DNA of 64,000 nt from a virus (Duplodnaviria; Caudoviricetes): the IMG/VR virus record IMGVR_UViG_2772190776_000003, positions 1-64,000 of that record; one strand, written 5' to 3'. The position numbers were made by a program, and so were the translations under genes. Positions 37,315 through 46,095 of this stretch are shown here, in pieces. Each line of letters starts with the position of its first letter. Position 1 is the first letter of the stretch. A model generated the notes under the pieces. It did no database searches. It saw only the letters and a list, made by a program, of their open reading frames with translations, and was not told the DNA's origin.

Positions 37315-37968
37315 ATGGCTGAAATCACGCCCTTCAACTTTGGTTCCAACATCGTCCGAGTTATTTCTCGTAATAACGACCCTTGGTTCGTTGCTAATGA
37401 CGTCTGCAAAGCACTCGGCTACAGCAATACCAGCAAGGCCATAGCTGATCATCTTGATGATGACGAACGCTATAACGAATCGTTAGACCGTGGCGGCAGC
37501 CTGCTTCTGATCAGCGAATCCGGCCTCTACGCCCTCATCCTTCGCAGCCGCAAACCCGAGGCACGCAAGTTCGCCAAATGGGTCACCAGCGAGGTGCTGC
37601 CCACCATCCGCAAAACCGGCAGCTACCAAAGCGACACCCAGAGCCAGCGCACCGCACTGGCCCACCAGCTGGCCAGCCAGGCCACCGCGCAGGTGTTTGA
37701 CACCGTGTTCCGCGCTGTGATGGATGGCAGCTTCAACCCATCGCTGGACCGTCTGCTGCTCAGCTTTACCCCCGGCGGCCCCAATGGCGAACACACCCCG
37801 CAGGCCACCACCCTGCCGCACAACGCCATAGTGACCACCGTGCCACACTTCATACGCGCCGTGGCGAGTGATCTGGCCATTACCACCCCAGACCTCACCA
37901 GCCTCGCCCTCGCCTGCACCCAACGCCTTGCCAGCCGCACCTGCCGCCAGCAAGGCGTTTTTTCATGA
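37315..37968 (+). CDS. BRO-N family antirepressor
   Basis: PWFVANDVCKALGY, ISESGLYALI, KWVTSEVLPTIRKTGSY, AAGGAGG RBS. Confidence 0.92.
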   Translation: MAEITPFNFGSNIVRVISRNNDPWFVANDVCKALGYSNTSKAIADHLDDDERYNESLDRGGSLLLISESGLYALILRSRKPEARKFAKWVTSEVLPTIRKTGSYQSDTQSQRTALAHQLASQATAQVFDTVFRAVMDGSFNPSLDRLLLSFTPGGPNGEHTPQATTLPHNAIVTTVPHFIRAVASDLAITTPDLTSLALACTQRLASRTCRQQGVFS

Positions 37969-37970
37969 GT

Positions 37971-38014
37971 GATAGCACCCAGCGCTTGCTCCACAAGCGT
38001 TAGAGGCTAATTTC
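37971..38014 (+). repeat. REP-like palindromic element
   Basis: GATAGCACCCAGCGCTTGCTCCACAAGCGTTAGAGGCTAATTT. Confidence 0.5.
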
Positions 38015-38026
38015 CTTCACATCAAC

Positions 38027-38051
38027 CAGCCCACCACCCGGTGGGCTTTTT
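38027..38051 (+). terminator. Repeated terminator, copy 3
   Basis: Identical to 29830 and 31242. Confidence 0.8.
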
Positions 38052-38062
38052 GTTTTTCTGGA

Positions 38063-38113
38063 TGAAGCGCGGCGTGATAATTGAAGGCAGTGAGGTGTGA
38101 TAAGTCTTATCCA
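38063..38113. repeat. Right end of the Mu-like prophage with transposase-binding repeats
   Basis: Terminal TG at 38063, GTGATAA at 38074 and 38097, inverted TTATCCA at 38107. Confidence 0.6.
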
Positions 38114-38156
38114 ACGCTGTTTCAATAGGTGCAACGAAATTGCATATTTGAGCATC

Positions 38157-38870
38157 TCACTCGATTTCGTCTGCCTCGCGCCACAAGGGTTCAATGATCA
38201 AGCCTAAATTACCCATCAGACGACCATCATCTGGATAGATGAACCCTAGGGCATTGCTCGCACTCTGTAGCTTGGTCTGGATATCAGCTAGAGGTATGGT
38301 TCTTTCTTGGCCTAAGTGCTGCAATAGTTTTCTAGAACCATCAATTTTCTTAACGCGGTATGAGTACCTGGCCCAGGTGTGATCTTGCTCAACAGCATGA
38401 ATCTCGTTCACAGCGACCCGCAATTCATCAGGTACCGCCCCCAACTGCAAGACTGTGACCATAGTCTCGACGTCAGATAGAAGTTCTGGAAGACCGTGTC
38501 CGCTCTCTGCTCGATCAGTGAGGCCCTTGCTGAGGAAATTAGGATTAGGTTTGCCCAACTTCTCACGATATTTCTGAATTTCGATTCCTAGCTGTAGTGG
38601 GGCTTTGAGCAGTAACTCGGCTGCGTGACGTTGAAGAAAGAAGATAGGCAGGCTATGGTGATCCAAAGTCTCCTCATGCAAGGACACCTTTAACAAGGTG
38701 CTAGCCGCATGCAAATAGGCCTGTGCATAGTTTGGAGTACGAAATCCCCCGATTCGAGCGATCCCCACAGACAAGTCTGCTTTCGCTAGCTCTGGAGATT
38801 TCCCCCAAATCAATACGTTGGAAGGTTCTGAATCCTTAGGTAAATACAGCGGTTCTTGCAATTGCGACAT
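38157..38870 (-). CDS. Hypothetical cargo protein, HEPN-like
   Basis: PIFFLQRHAAELLLK...HGLPELL pattern, lower GC than its neighbours. Confidence 0.6.
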   Translation of the reverse strand: MSQLQEPLYLPKDSEPSNVLIWGKSPELAKADLSVGIARIGGFRTPNYAQAYLHAASTLLKVSLHEETLDHHSLPIFFLQRHAAELLLKAPLQLGIEIQKYREKLGKPNPNFLSKGLTDRAESGHGLPELLSDVETMVTVLQLGAVPDELRVAVNEIHAVEQDHTWARYSYRVKKIDGSRKLLQHLGQERTIPLADIQTKLQSASNALGFIYPDDGRLMGNLGLIIEPLWREADEIE

Positions 38871-38879
38871 AGGTGCTCC

Positions 38880-39671
38880 TCAAAACAGACCTGCAGGCTC
38901 AGCTTCTCTGTCCCAACTATAGATGACCAGTTCGCCGCGCTCGACGCGGTTGGCGGCGCCGCCTACGGTGTAGTCCAGCTTCAGGGCTTCCATCTCAAAG
39001 TCTTTGAAGCATTCACGGATGGCTGGGTGGTCGTTGATGCTGACCACGGCCTTACCCTTGATGGCCTTGAGCTTCTTGGCCATCAGCTCGTACTGCTCCC
39101 AGGGGAACGGCACGCCGTAGCCTTCGGTTTGCCAGTAAGGCGGGTCTAGATAGAAGAGCGTGTGGGCGCGGTCGTAGCGGTCGATGCAGGTGGCCCAGTC
39201 CAGTTGCTCTATATAAGTACCGGCTGCCATTCTGAGGTGGGCGGCCGAGAGGTTCTCTTCAATACGCAGCAAGTTGATGGCCGGGGCCGTGGTGGCAGTG
39301 CCGAAGGTCTGGCCTGCCACCTTGCCCCCGAAAGACTGCTGCTGCAGGTAGAAGAACCGGGCAGCGCGCTGGATGTCGGTCAGGGTTTCGGGGCGGGTGT
39401 CCTGCAGCCATTTGAAGACCTGGCGGCTGGTCAGCGCCCATTTGAACTGGCGCACGAACTCTTCCAGATGGTGCGTCACTACTCTATATAGATTGACGAG
39501 GTCGCCATTGACGTCGTTGAGCACCTCGACGTCGGCCGGATGGCGGGCAAAGTAGACGGCCGCGCCGCCTGCAAACACTTCGACGTAGCAGTCATGCGCT
39601 GGAAAGCGCTTGAGCAGCATGTCCACCAGACGGCGCTTGCCGCCGATCCAAGGAATGATGGGGTTGGTCAT
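38880..39671 (-). CDS. D12-class DNA adenine methyltransferase
   Basis: WIGGK, EVFAGGA and DPPY motifs. Confidence 0.95.
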   Translation of the reverse strand: MTNPIIPWIGGKRRLVDMLLKRFPAHDCYVEVFAGGAAVYFARHPADVEVLNDVNGDLVNLYRVVTHHLEEFVRQFKWALTSRQVFKWLQDTRPETLTDIQRAARFFYLQQQSFGGKVAGQTFGTATTAPAINLLRIEENLSAAHLRMAAGTYIEQLDWATCIDRYDRAHTLFYLDPPYWQTEGYGVPFPWEQYELMAKKLKAIKGKAVVSINDHPAIRECFKDFEMEALKLDYTVGGAANRVERGELVIYSWDREAEPAGLF

Positions 39672-39825
39672 TGATCTCAGCTTTCGGCACTCGGTGGTGC
39701 TCTTTTGGGGCGCTCTGGGCGCTCAGCTGATTGAATGCCCCACAGCGGGGGCACTTGATGGTCAGGCGGATGTACTCGCCTTCGGCCAGTTTGCGGCGGC
39801 AGTTGCCGCAGCGTATTTCAGTCAT
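39592..39825 (-). CDS. com: Com family zinc-finger regulator
   Basis: IRCGNCRRKLA...IKCPRC, overlaps the methylase start. Confidence 0.9.
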   Translation of the reverse strand: MTEIRCGNCRRKLAEGEYIRLTIKCPRCGAFNQLSAQSAPKEHHRVPKAEINDQPHHSLDRRQAPSGGHAAQALSSA

Positions 39826-39864
39826 TGCAAGCCCGTTTCAACTATTGAAAGGTGATAGGCTCAC

Positions 39865-39972
39865 CGCACTCTGATCAGGGTGGCGGGTCTTGCCTGGCTT
39901 GCAGGTCTACTCTGCAGGTTGGGGGCTTGGCCAGGTGTTCGTAGCACCTGACCAGGTCGCCCGTCTTTTTTT
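39865..39972 (+). ncRNA. Candidate structured RNA antisense to the com leader
   Basis: Three-way junction with G-U pairs only on the + strand, ending in a U-tract. TAGGCT -10 at 39856. Confidence 0.5.
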
Positions 39973-42142
39973 ATGCCCGGCTCACCTCCCATGCCACGGC
40001 CTGGTGGCTGTATTTCCCCCCTTGTTCGCAGTCCAGCACGATGCGCAGGCTGGTGAAGGGGCCGCCGTCGGCGGTCTCGTCGGCCGTGCTGTAGGTTTTA
40101 CTGGTTCCGGTCAGGCCGCTGTAGGTGCGGCGCAAGGTGGCTCCGGTGTAGATGCGCAGGCGGTAGGTCAGGCCGGCGCCGGTGCCCACGCTGGCGGCGT
40201 TGGCGTCGATCAGCTCGTCGCTTTGGATGATGCGGTCGCGGTGCGCCCAGCTGACGGTCAGCTCCCCAGTGATGGTGGCTGGCCAAGCCTGGCCATTGAT
40301 GCGCAGCTGGCCCGGTGGGTATGGCTTGGCAGCGCGGCCTTGCACGGCGGTGGTGTCAAACGGGGCGATGGCCATGTCCAGAATGCCGCTGCCCGTGCGG
40401 GTCAACACCTTGGTTTGCACCTGCACGCCCTGGGTGTATTCCACCTCGGCGGCCGCGCTGAAGTCGTCATAAAACCAGATGCGAGTGCCTTCGGCATGGG
40501 CCACGGGCACCGTGTCTACGCAGCCTCGGCCGAAAGTGCACAGGCCCGTGAGCGGGTTGATGGCATCCACCCGCACAATTTCTTCGCCCAGCAGTGCGGC
40601 GGTGCCCACGCGCACTTCCCCGAGACCGTTGCCACCGACCAGTTGCACGGCCGTGGTGCCAGGCGCGATGCCCGTGGCCAGCAAGGCGCTGGGGCAGTAA
40701 GCCCCGTCGATGGCGGTGGTGGAAAACTCAGCCGGTGCCACGCGGGTGGCCACCTCATAGGCCATGGCCATGGCGGTCGGTGCCACGGCCGCCACCATCA
40801 GCATGCCCGCTGTCGGGTCTTGGGCTTGTACCTCGGCAGCGCCCAGCTGCTGCACCAGTTCCCGGTACGGTGCCTCAAACACGCGGCGCAGTGTGGTGGC
40901 CACGGGTTCGGTCGACGGCGCGGTGTAGCCCGGTGGCTCGGGCTGGACGTAGGCTGTGCCGTGCAGGCCAAATATGTCCTGCACGGCGGTGATGGTGACC
41001 GTGCCCTCGGTCAAGGTGCCGTATTCGCAGCGGCCGGCGCGCAGCACCATGCGGGCAATGCCGCGCTTGGCATCGCTGATGGCAAAGACGCTGCCGGGCA
41101 TGATGTCGGCCCCTCTGCGGTCAAAGCGCAGCTTGAACTTGCGCACAAAGCCACTGCCAGCGCGGCGCTCACGCTCGGCCACGCGCTGGGCCAGATCCAC
41201 GGTGGGGATGCCGAAAAAGTCTTTGGTGCTGGTGTTGGTGACACCGCCTGCGGCGTGGATGGCCCCCAAGTTCTTGGCGCGCACCTGCCGGTCTTGCTTG
41301 GTGACAGGGTCGCGGAATTTGACGATGACTTCGTTGACGCCACCGGTCTGGCTGGCGGATTCGTCCTCATCCACGCCCAGCAGGCCGTTGTCGTAGGTGA
41401 AGTGGGGCAATTCGGCCACGTTGTAGTCATCGCGGATGGGCTTGAGCACAACCAGCCCCGTGCGGCGGCTGGTGTAGAAGGTGGCGCCCGCGTGGTCGAG
41501 CACGCTTTGGGCGAACTTATCAATATCGTCCTGGCGCGACCATTTCAGGCACAGGCCCATGCCTTCGCCGTGGAACACATCGGCGGCGGCACGCCAGCTG
41601 GCGTCGTCCAGCCGGGCGCTGGCCAAGCCCCGCCCCATGCGGGGGTCGGTGAAGGCCTGGTACAGGATGTGCGCCGGGTTCATGGCGTGAACAGCACCGC
41701 CGCCCAGCACAACACGCGCTTTATCGGCATACCAGGCGGCGCCGCCATGCCAGCCCTGCAGGGTGCGGCGCACGCGGAAGGCCCAAGGCTTGGGGTATGG
41801 ACTCATGGCACAGATCAGCCCGTCGTAGAAAACCGTGACCACGCCCCGGAAAGCGGGCACCAGGCCGCCGAGCATGCGGGCCAGCCTGGCATGTACCGGC
41901 TGGGTGGGGCCGCCCATCAGCACGGCCAGCGTGCCTTGGATGCCGCCTTCCTTTTCTTCACCACCGAACAGGTTGGGCTTGTTGATATAGACCTCGGTGT
42001 TGCCCGTGATGCTGCCTTGGAAGGCCGTTTTGTCGCCCACGCGGATTGCCACGATTTCATCGTAGGGGCCACGGCCCAAGGCCATGTGCACGCCCATGAA
42101 GTAGCGGTGGCCAATGGTGGATTTCTTCTTTTTACCCCCCAT
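39971..42142 (-). CDS. Tail tip / central tail hub protein
   Basis: MGGKKKK start, MNPAHIL, PYPPGQLRING. Confidence 0.85.
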   Translation of the reverse strand: MGGKKKKSTIGHRYFMGVHMALGRGPYDEIVAIRVGDKTAFQGSITGNTEVYINKPNLFGGEEKEGGIQGTLAVLMGGPTQPVHARLARMLGGLVPAFRGVVTVFYDGLICAMSPYPKPWAFRVRRTLQGWHGGAAWYADKARVVLGGGAVHAMNPAHILYQAFTDPRMGRGLASARLDDASWRAAADVFHGEGMGLCLKWSRQDDIDKFAQSVLDHAGATFYTSRRTGLVVLKPIRDDYNVAELPHFTYDNGLLGVDEDESASQTGGVNEVIVKFRDPVTKQDRQVRAKNLGAIHAAGGVTNTSTKDFFGIPTVDLAQRVAERERRAGSGFVRKFKLRFDRRGADIMPGSVFAISDAKRGIARMVLRAGRCEYGTLTEGTVTITAVQDIFGLHGTAYVQPEPPGYTAPSTEPVATTLRRVFEAPYRELVQQLGAAEVQAQDPTAGMLMVAAVAPTAMAMAYEVATRVAPAEFSTTAIDGAYCPSALLATGIAPGTTAVQLVGGNGLGEVRVGTAALLGEEIVRVDAINPLTGLCTFGRGCVDTVPVAHAEGTRIWFYDDFSAAAEVEYTQGVQVQTKVLTRTGSGILDMAIAPFDTTAVQGRAAKPYPPGQLRINGQAWPATITGELTVSWAHRDRIIQSDELIDANAASVGTGAGLTYRLRIYTGATLRRTYSGLTGTSKTYSTADETADGGPFTSLRIVLDCEQGGKYSHQAVAWEVSRA

Positions 42143-42386
42143 GGTTGCTCTCCTGTTGGGCCGCAGCGGCGGCTTCGGCGGCCGCCACCGCGTGGGCGTG
42201 CTCGACCAGGCGCAGGGCCAAGGCATCGCCCGTGGCGATCAATACGGACGCATCCAGCCCGTGGGCCACAAAGTCTGCCCAGTTCAGGCCATGGGCCGCA
42301 AACCATTGGCGGCTGCCCTTGGCGCAGTAGCCGGTGCTGCCCTTGTAGTCGGGCACGCTGTAGAGGTGTTGGGTGGTGATCAGCAT
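42132..42386 (-). CDS. Small tail assembly protein
   Basis: YCAKGSRQWF...GLNW motif, synteny with D3112-like tails. Confidence 0.7.
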   Translation of the reverse strand: MLITTQHLYSVPDYKGSTGYCAKGSRQWFAAHGLNWADFVAHGLDASVLIATGDALALRLVEHAHAVAAAEAAAAAQQESNHGG

Positions 42387-42404
42387 GGCGCTCTTTCCGG
42401 GCAT

Positions 42405-42620
42405 TTAGCGGCGGATGGGTGTGGTGCGGTAGTTGCCAACGCCCACCACCGTCCAGTCTTCAATCCACACATCGCCAAAAATGAAGCACTGGGGGGTGCC
42501 TTCTTTGGCCTGGGGAAAGTCAAAGTCTTCAAACGCGGCAGGCCGTGGGGCTTGCGTTTTGGGGCGCGTGGCGTAGCTGATGATGGCGCTGACCACAAAG
42601 ATGGCGAGTTGTACCCACAT
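42405..42620 (-). CDS. Small tail assembly protein
   Basis: FPQAKEGTPQ..IFGDVW. Confidence 0.75.
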   Translation of the reverse strand: MWVQLAIFVVSAIISYATRPKTQAPRPAAFEDFDFPQAKEGTPQCFIFGDVWIEDWTVVGVGNYRTTPIRR

Positions 42621-42629
42621 GGCGCTTCC

Positions 42630-43448
42630 TTAAAAAACGGGATCACCGTCAAACGGTGATTTGCCGGGCATGTGCCGAAAGCCGCCATAGTTGTCCATAT
42701 TGGCAAACCGCCCGTGGCACATGGCGCTGGTGCCGTTGCAGCCTGGGTACAGCGTGACATTGCCGCCCACTGCCAGCCCGGCCGTGCCGCCCAGCAAAGA
42801 GAGCTTTTGCCCGACCTCGGTATCAATGCCACGGCGCTCGGTGCGGCCGCTGAGCTGCCACTCGATAAAACCGCCCGCATAAGTACCCGCTCCGGCCGCG
42901 TTGTGCACGATGGCCGCACCGTCCAGGCTGGTGATGGTGGCCGTTTTGGCATGCAGCACGCGACTGACCTTGCACTGCGCGTCGTACACGGTGTGTGGAC
43001 AACTGCGCTGGTAGGTCAGCTTCAGCCCTGGGCGGCGCATGCTGGCGGACAGGGTTTCACAGCTCAGCTCGCAGCGGTCATCCTGGGGCCAGCGCACACC
43101 CGAGATAGAGCCCACCCAGACCACTTCGCTGTCGGCCGCCGTGCTGCCCAGGCCGTGGTGGGTGTCGCGGATGGTCACAAACACTTCGTCCGAGGGAGGC
43201 ACAGTACGCCATGGCACGGCCACGGCCAAATCCGCTGCTGCGGTGATGCGCAGCGTGTCGGCGCTGGCCTCGCCCGTCATGCGGATGCCATCGTCGCTGA
43301 TGGCCGCAGGCTGGTAGGTGATGCCCAGCAATTGGACGGCACGGTCTGCCGTGCAGTAGGCCCAGCGCTGGTTGCCGCCCAGCTCGAACAGGTACAGACG
43401 CACGGGTGCGCCGTCTGCAATGCTTTTTTCACGTGCTGCAAAGCTCAT
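42630..43448 (-). CDS. BR0599 family tail protein (Fe-S, gpL-like)
   Basis: CPHTVYDAQC and PGC...C..RF.N..NYGGF. Confidence 0.88.
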   Translation of the reverse strand: MSFAAREKSIADGAPVRLYLFELGGNQRWAYCTADRAVQLLGITYQPAAISDDGIRMTGEASADTLRITAAADLAVAVPWRTVPPSDEVFVTIRDTHHGLGSTAADSEVVWVGSISGVRWPQDDRCELSCETLSASMRRPGLKLTYQRSCPHTVYDAQCKVSRVLHAKTATITSLDGAAIVHNAAGAGTYAGGFIEWQLSGRTERRGIDTEVGQKLSLLGGTAGLAVGGNVTLYPGCNGTSAMCHGRFANMDNYGGFRHMPGKSPFDGDPVF

Positions 43449-45154
43449 GCCACCTCCAGGTCATCACGTACACCGCGCAGGGTGATGGCACAGCGCGCCA
43501 CACCGTCTTGGTCAGTCAAATGTTCCAGCTCGATGTCGTCGCTGGCTAGACGGCACAGCGCCATATAGCTGATGCGTGCCACTTGGCCAGGCTGGATGAC
43601 ACCGGGGAAGTCGGCATCCACCACCAGCTCTTCGATGGGGCCGCGCGCCACGGCCGCTGTGATGCGCCGCATGAGCACACTGCCGTCGGCCAACTCGATG
43701 CGGATGTCTTGGCGGCCCAACTGGCCCACCCCAAACCGGGCATAGCCCACACGCTGCACCTTGAGCAATGACCCAGAAAGCGGCTCTACGGGCACCAAGT
43801 CCTGCGCATGCGTGGGCAGCCAGATGGATTTGGCACGGCCTTGGAGTGCGTAGAGCAAGCTGCGCCAGGCGCTGTGCTCAGCCCGCCCTGCCAAGCACCA
43901 GCGGTGTTGCTGCAGCACAAAGCCCTTGCCAGCGGTATCGGTGACGGCGGTATTGCCTGTCGTGTTGTCCAGCAAGAGCGTTAGGCGCTCATAGCTGTGT
44001 GACAGGTCGGTGGACTCGTCGGGCCGCTGGGCAAAGACCGGGCGCCCCCGGTACAGGGTGCTGGGCAGCGCAGCGGGCCAGTTAGCAGACTCGGTCAGCT
44101 CAAAGCTGCAATCGACCTGCAGCAGTGCATCGGTGCGGCGGGTGGTTTGTGGCATTTCTGTCAGGCGGGCACTGCGCAGCGGGTACAGCTTGGTGCCAGC
44201 GGGCCAGGTGGACTGCGTAACCCGCTTGAGCGTGAGGCCGGCTGCGGTCATGTCCAGAATTTCCACGGCCTCGGTGTCAAAGGCGGTCTCGCCGCGCAGC
44301 AAGGCCAGGCCACCCACGCGGAAGTCACGGCCCGTGGTGTCGCAGGCAATGGCGCTGCTGCCTGCAGGCAGCGCGGCATCCAGCTGCAGCACATCCACCC
44401 ACACTGGCAGGGCCCAGACGCGGCGGCCCCAGCCCGCCATGGACAGGTCAAACAAGGCCCGCTCGGCGCCTTCGGCCGTAAAGCTGGCCTGCCAGCCCTT
44501 GCGTGGCGCGGCACGCAGGCTGCGGCGTTGCTCGGCCCCCCGGTTGTTGGCCAGGATGTTGGTCAGCCATGAAAGCGTCTCCAGCAGCGGAGACGACCAG
44601 TTGGGCGCAAAGCCCCAGGGCACAATGCGGTTGCCCGTCAAATGCAAAGGCCGGGTCGATGCGCCGTCAAACAGCCACCCTACATAGGCATCCAGCACGG
44701 CCGGCCCGTCTGGCGTCACCGCAACCAGCCAATTCGTCTCCTGCATTGCGGAGAGCACCATGGGCAAAGCTGCAGGCGGGGTGATCTCAATGCCTTCGTC
44801 GACGCCGTCCAGCCCGATGACCGTCTTGGGTGACAGATACGCGTTCCAGACGCGCACGGTGGACACCTGCGTGCTCACGACATTACCCAGTGCCAACGCA
44901 ATCGGAGTGATGTAGATCCGGTTGTAATAGTCGGCGCTGTAACTCCCCCCCACTTCCCCTTGCACTGGGCGAGCATTCGCGCAGACAGGCCAGGCCGTGA
45001 CTACGGGACGCGGCAGAAACAATGGTAGGGACGATGCGTGCGGTGGCCACGAGATCGCCCCCTCCCCATCAAACGCAGTCAACTCCCCTGCGAGATAGGG
45101 ATTGGAGGCACCGCCCGTCCCGCTGATGGATAGAAATCCGGTAACGACAGCCAT
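43445..45154 (-). CDS. Virion structural (distal tail) protein
   Basis: WLTNIL...EQRRSLR..PR motif, start at MAVVTG. Confidence 0.75.
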   Translation of the reverse strand: MAVVTGFLSISGTGGASNPYLAGELTAFDGEGAISWPPHASSLPLFLPRPVVTAWPVCANARPVQGEVGGSYSADYYNRIYITPIALALGNVVSTQVSTVRVWNAYLSPKTVIGLDGVDEGIEITPPAALPMVLSAMQETNWLVAVTPDGPAVLDAYVGWLFDGASTRPLHLTGNRIVPWGFAPNWSSPLLETLSWLTNILANNRGAEQRRSLRAAPRKGWQASFTAEGAERALFDLSMAGWGRRVWALPVWVDVLQLDAALPAGSSAIACDTTGRDFRVGGLALLRGETAFDTEAVEILDMTAAGLTLKRVTQSTWPAGTKLYPLRSARLTEMPQTTRRTDALLQVDCSFELTESANWPAALPSTLYRGRPVFAQRPDESTDLSHSYERLTLLLDNTTGNTAVTDTAGKGFVLQQHRWCLAGRAEHSAWRSLLYALQGRAKSIWLPTHAQDLVPVEPLSGSLLKVQRVGYARFGVGQLGRQDIRIELADGSVLMRRITAAVARGPIEELVVDADFPGVIQPGQVARISYMALCRLASDDIELEHLTDQDGVARCAITLRGVRDDLEVA

Positions 45155-45159
45155 ACTTG

Positions 45160-46095
45160 TCAACCCGGCAGATAGCGTATGGCCCAACCGAATGTACCGG
45201 TGTGATCTATGTAGCTCCCTCCATTGCGAACACTGGCATTCTTGCGATACGCGGGGAATACCATCCACTGGTCACTGCCCAGCGTGATCACCTGACCAGG
45301 CACGTAGTTGTCAATGCGTACATAGCGCGCATGCCGCACGCTCAGCACCAGGCTCCAGAAATTCTCCGGCCGTCGTTGATACACGTGGATGGGCACCAGA
45401 ACGGATTCCTGATTCCACGCGCTCGGCGATCTCTGGATCAGCGGAGCAGCGCCATAGAGTGCGCTAATTGCTCCCACGTTGGTGCCGACGCTAGCGCCAG
45501 CCCAATCTCCATCTATGCCGCTATAGACGGCCTGACATCGGTAGAGAAAATTACCACCGTTGGTGCCACTAGATTCCCAGAAAATGAGCCCGGAATGATT
45601 CCCTGGGTAGCTATAGCCCCCTCCAGCACCTTCAGTGATAACTATCTTCGGATATGACAAGTTGTAGTACCCACCATATGAACTGGCAGACACCCAAGGG
45701 CCTTGCTGCCGTGCCGATGATCCAAACGCCAGCCAGTAGTGGCGGTCCACGTTGAACTGCAGCACCATGAAAACCTCATCCGGTTCACTGCACACGAACA
45801 AGTGGTAGATAGCCGGCCACGTCACAGCCTCCAGTCCGGCATTGGCTCTGCCCAGCCTGGGTATGCATCCACTGCCACCGGTGATTGCAGCGCCACTGCT
45901 TCCCGTACCAACCTCCAACAGCAGTCCCATTCCAGTGTTCGCAGTCTCCGTGGTACTGACATAGGGGCGCACGAATGCCAGGCCTTTGCTCAGGATGGAG
46001 TCTGACCAGGACCAGCCGTTGTCGACGCAGCCATTGACCAGCGCGGTGTGCAGATCCTCGAAACTCGATACGCTGCCCGTGTAATAGTTCGCCAT
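45160..46095 (-). CDS. Virion structural protein
   Basis: 311 aa in the tail module, ends GTFGWAIRY. Confidence 0.75.
   Translation of the reverse strand: MANYYTGSVSSFEDLHTALVNGCVDNGWSWSDSILSKGLAFVRPYVSTTETANTGMGLLLEVGTGSSGAAITGGSGCIPRLGRANAGLEAVTWPAIYHLFVCSEPDEVFMVLQFNVDRHYWLAFGSSARQQGPWVSASSYGGYYNLSYPKIVITEGAGGGYSYPGNHSGLIFWESSGTNGGNFLYRCQAVYSGIDGDWAGASVGTNVGAISALYGAAPLIQRSPSAWNQESVLVPIHVYQRRPENFWSLVLSVRHARYVRIDNYVPGQVITLGSDQWMVFPAYRKNASVRNGGSYIDHTGTFGWAIRYLPG

Larger units (their letters stand above)
530..38062. mobile_element. Lambda-like (gpA/cos) siphovirus prophage, disrupted at left and interrupted at right by a Mu-like prophage
   Basis: Nu1/gpA terminase, gpW, lambda portal, S49 protease, D, E, tail tube, tape measure, cI/cro and a YdaU replication gene. 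Confidence 0.9.

Noticed and set aside
29830-38051. Repeats as a CRISPR array
   Set aside because: The copies are kilobases apart, shaped like terminators, and there are no cas genes.
39865-39972. Hammerhead ribozyme
   Set aside because: The CUGAnGA and GAAA core is absent from the junction.
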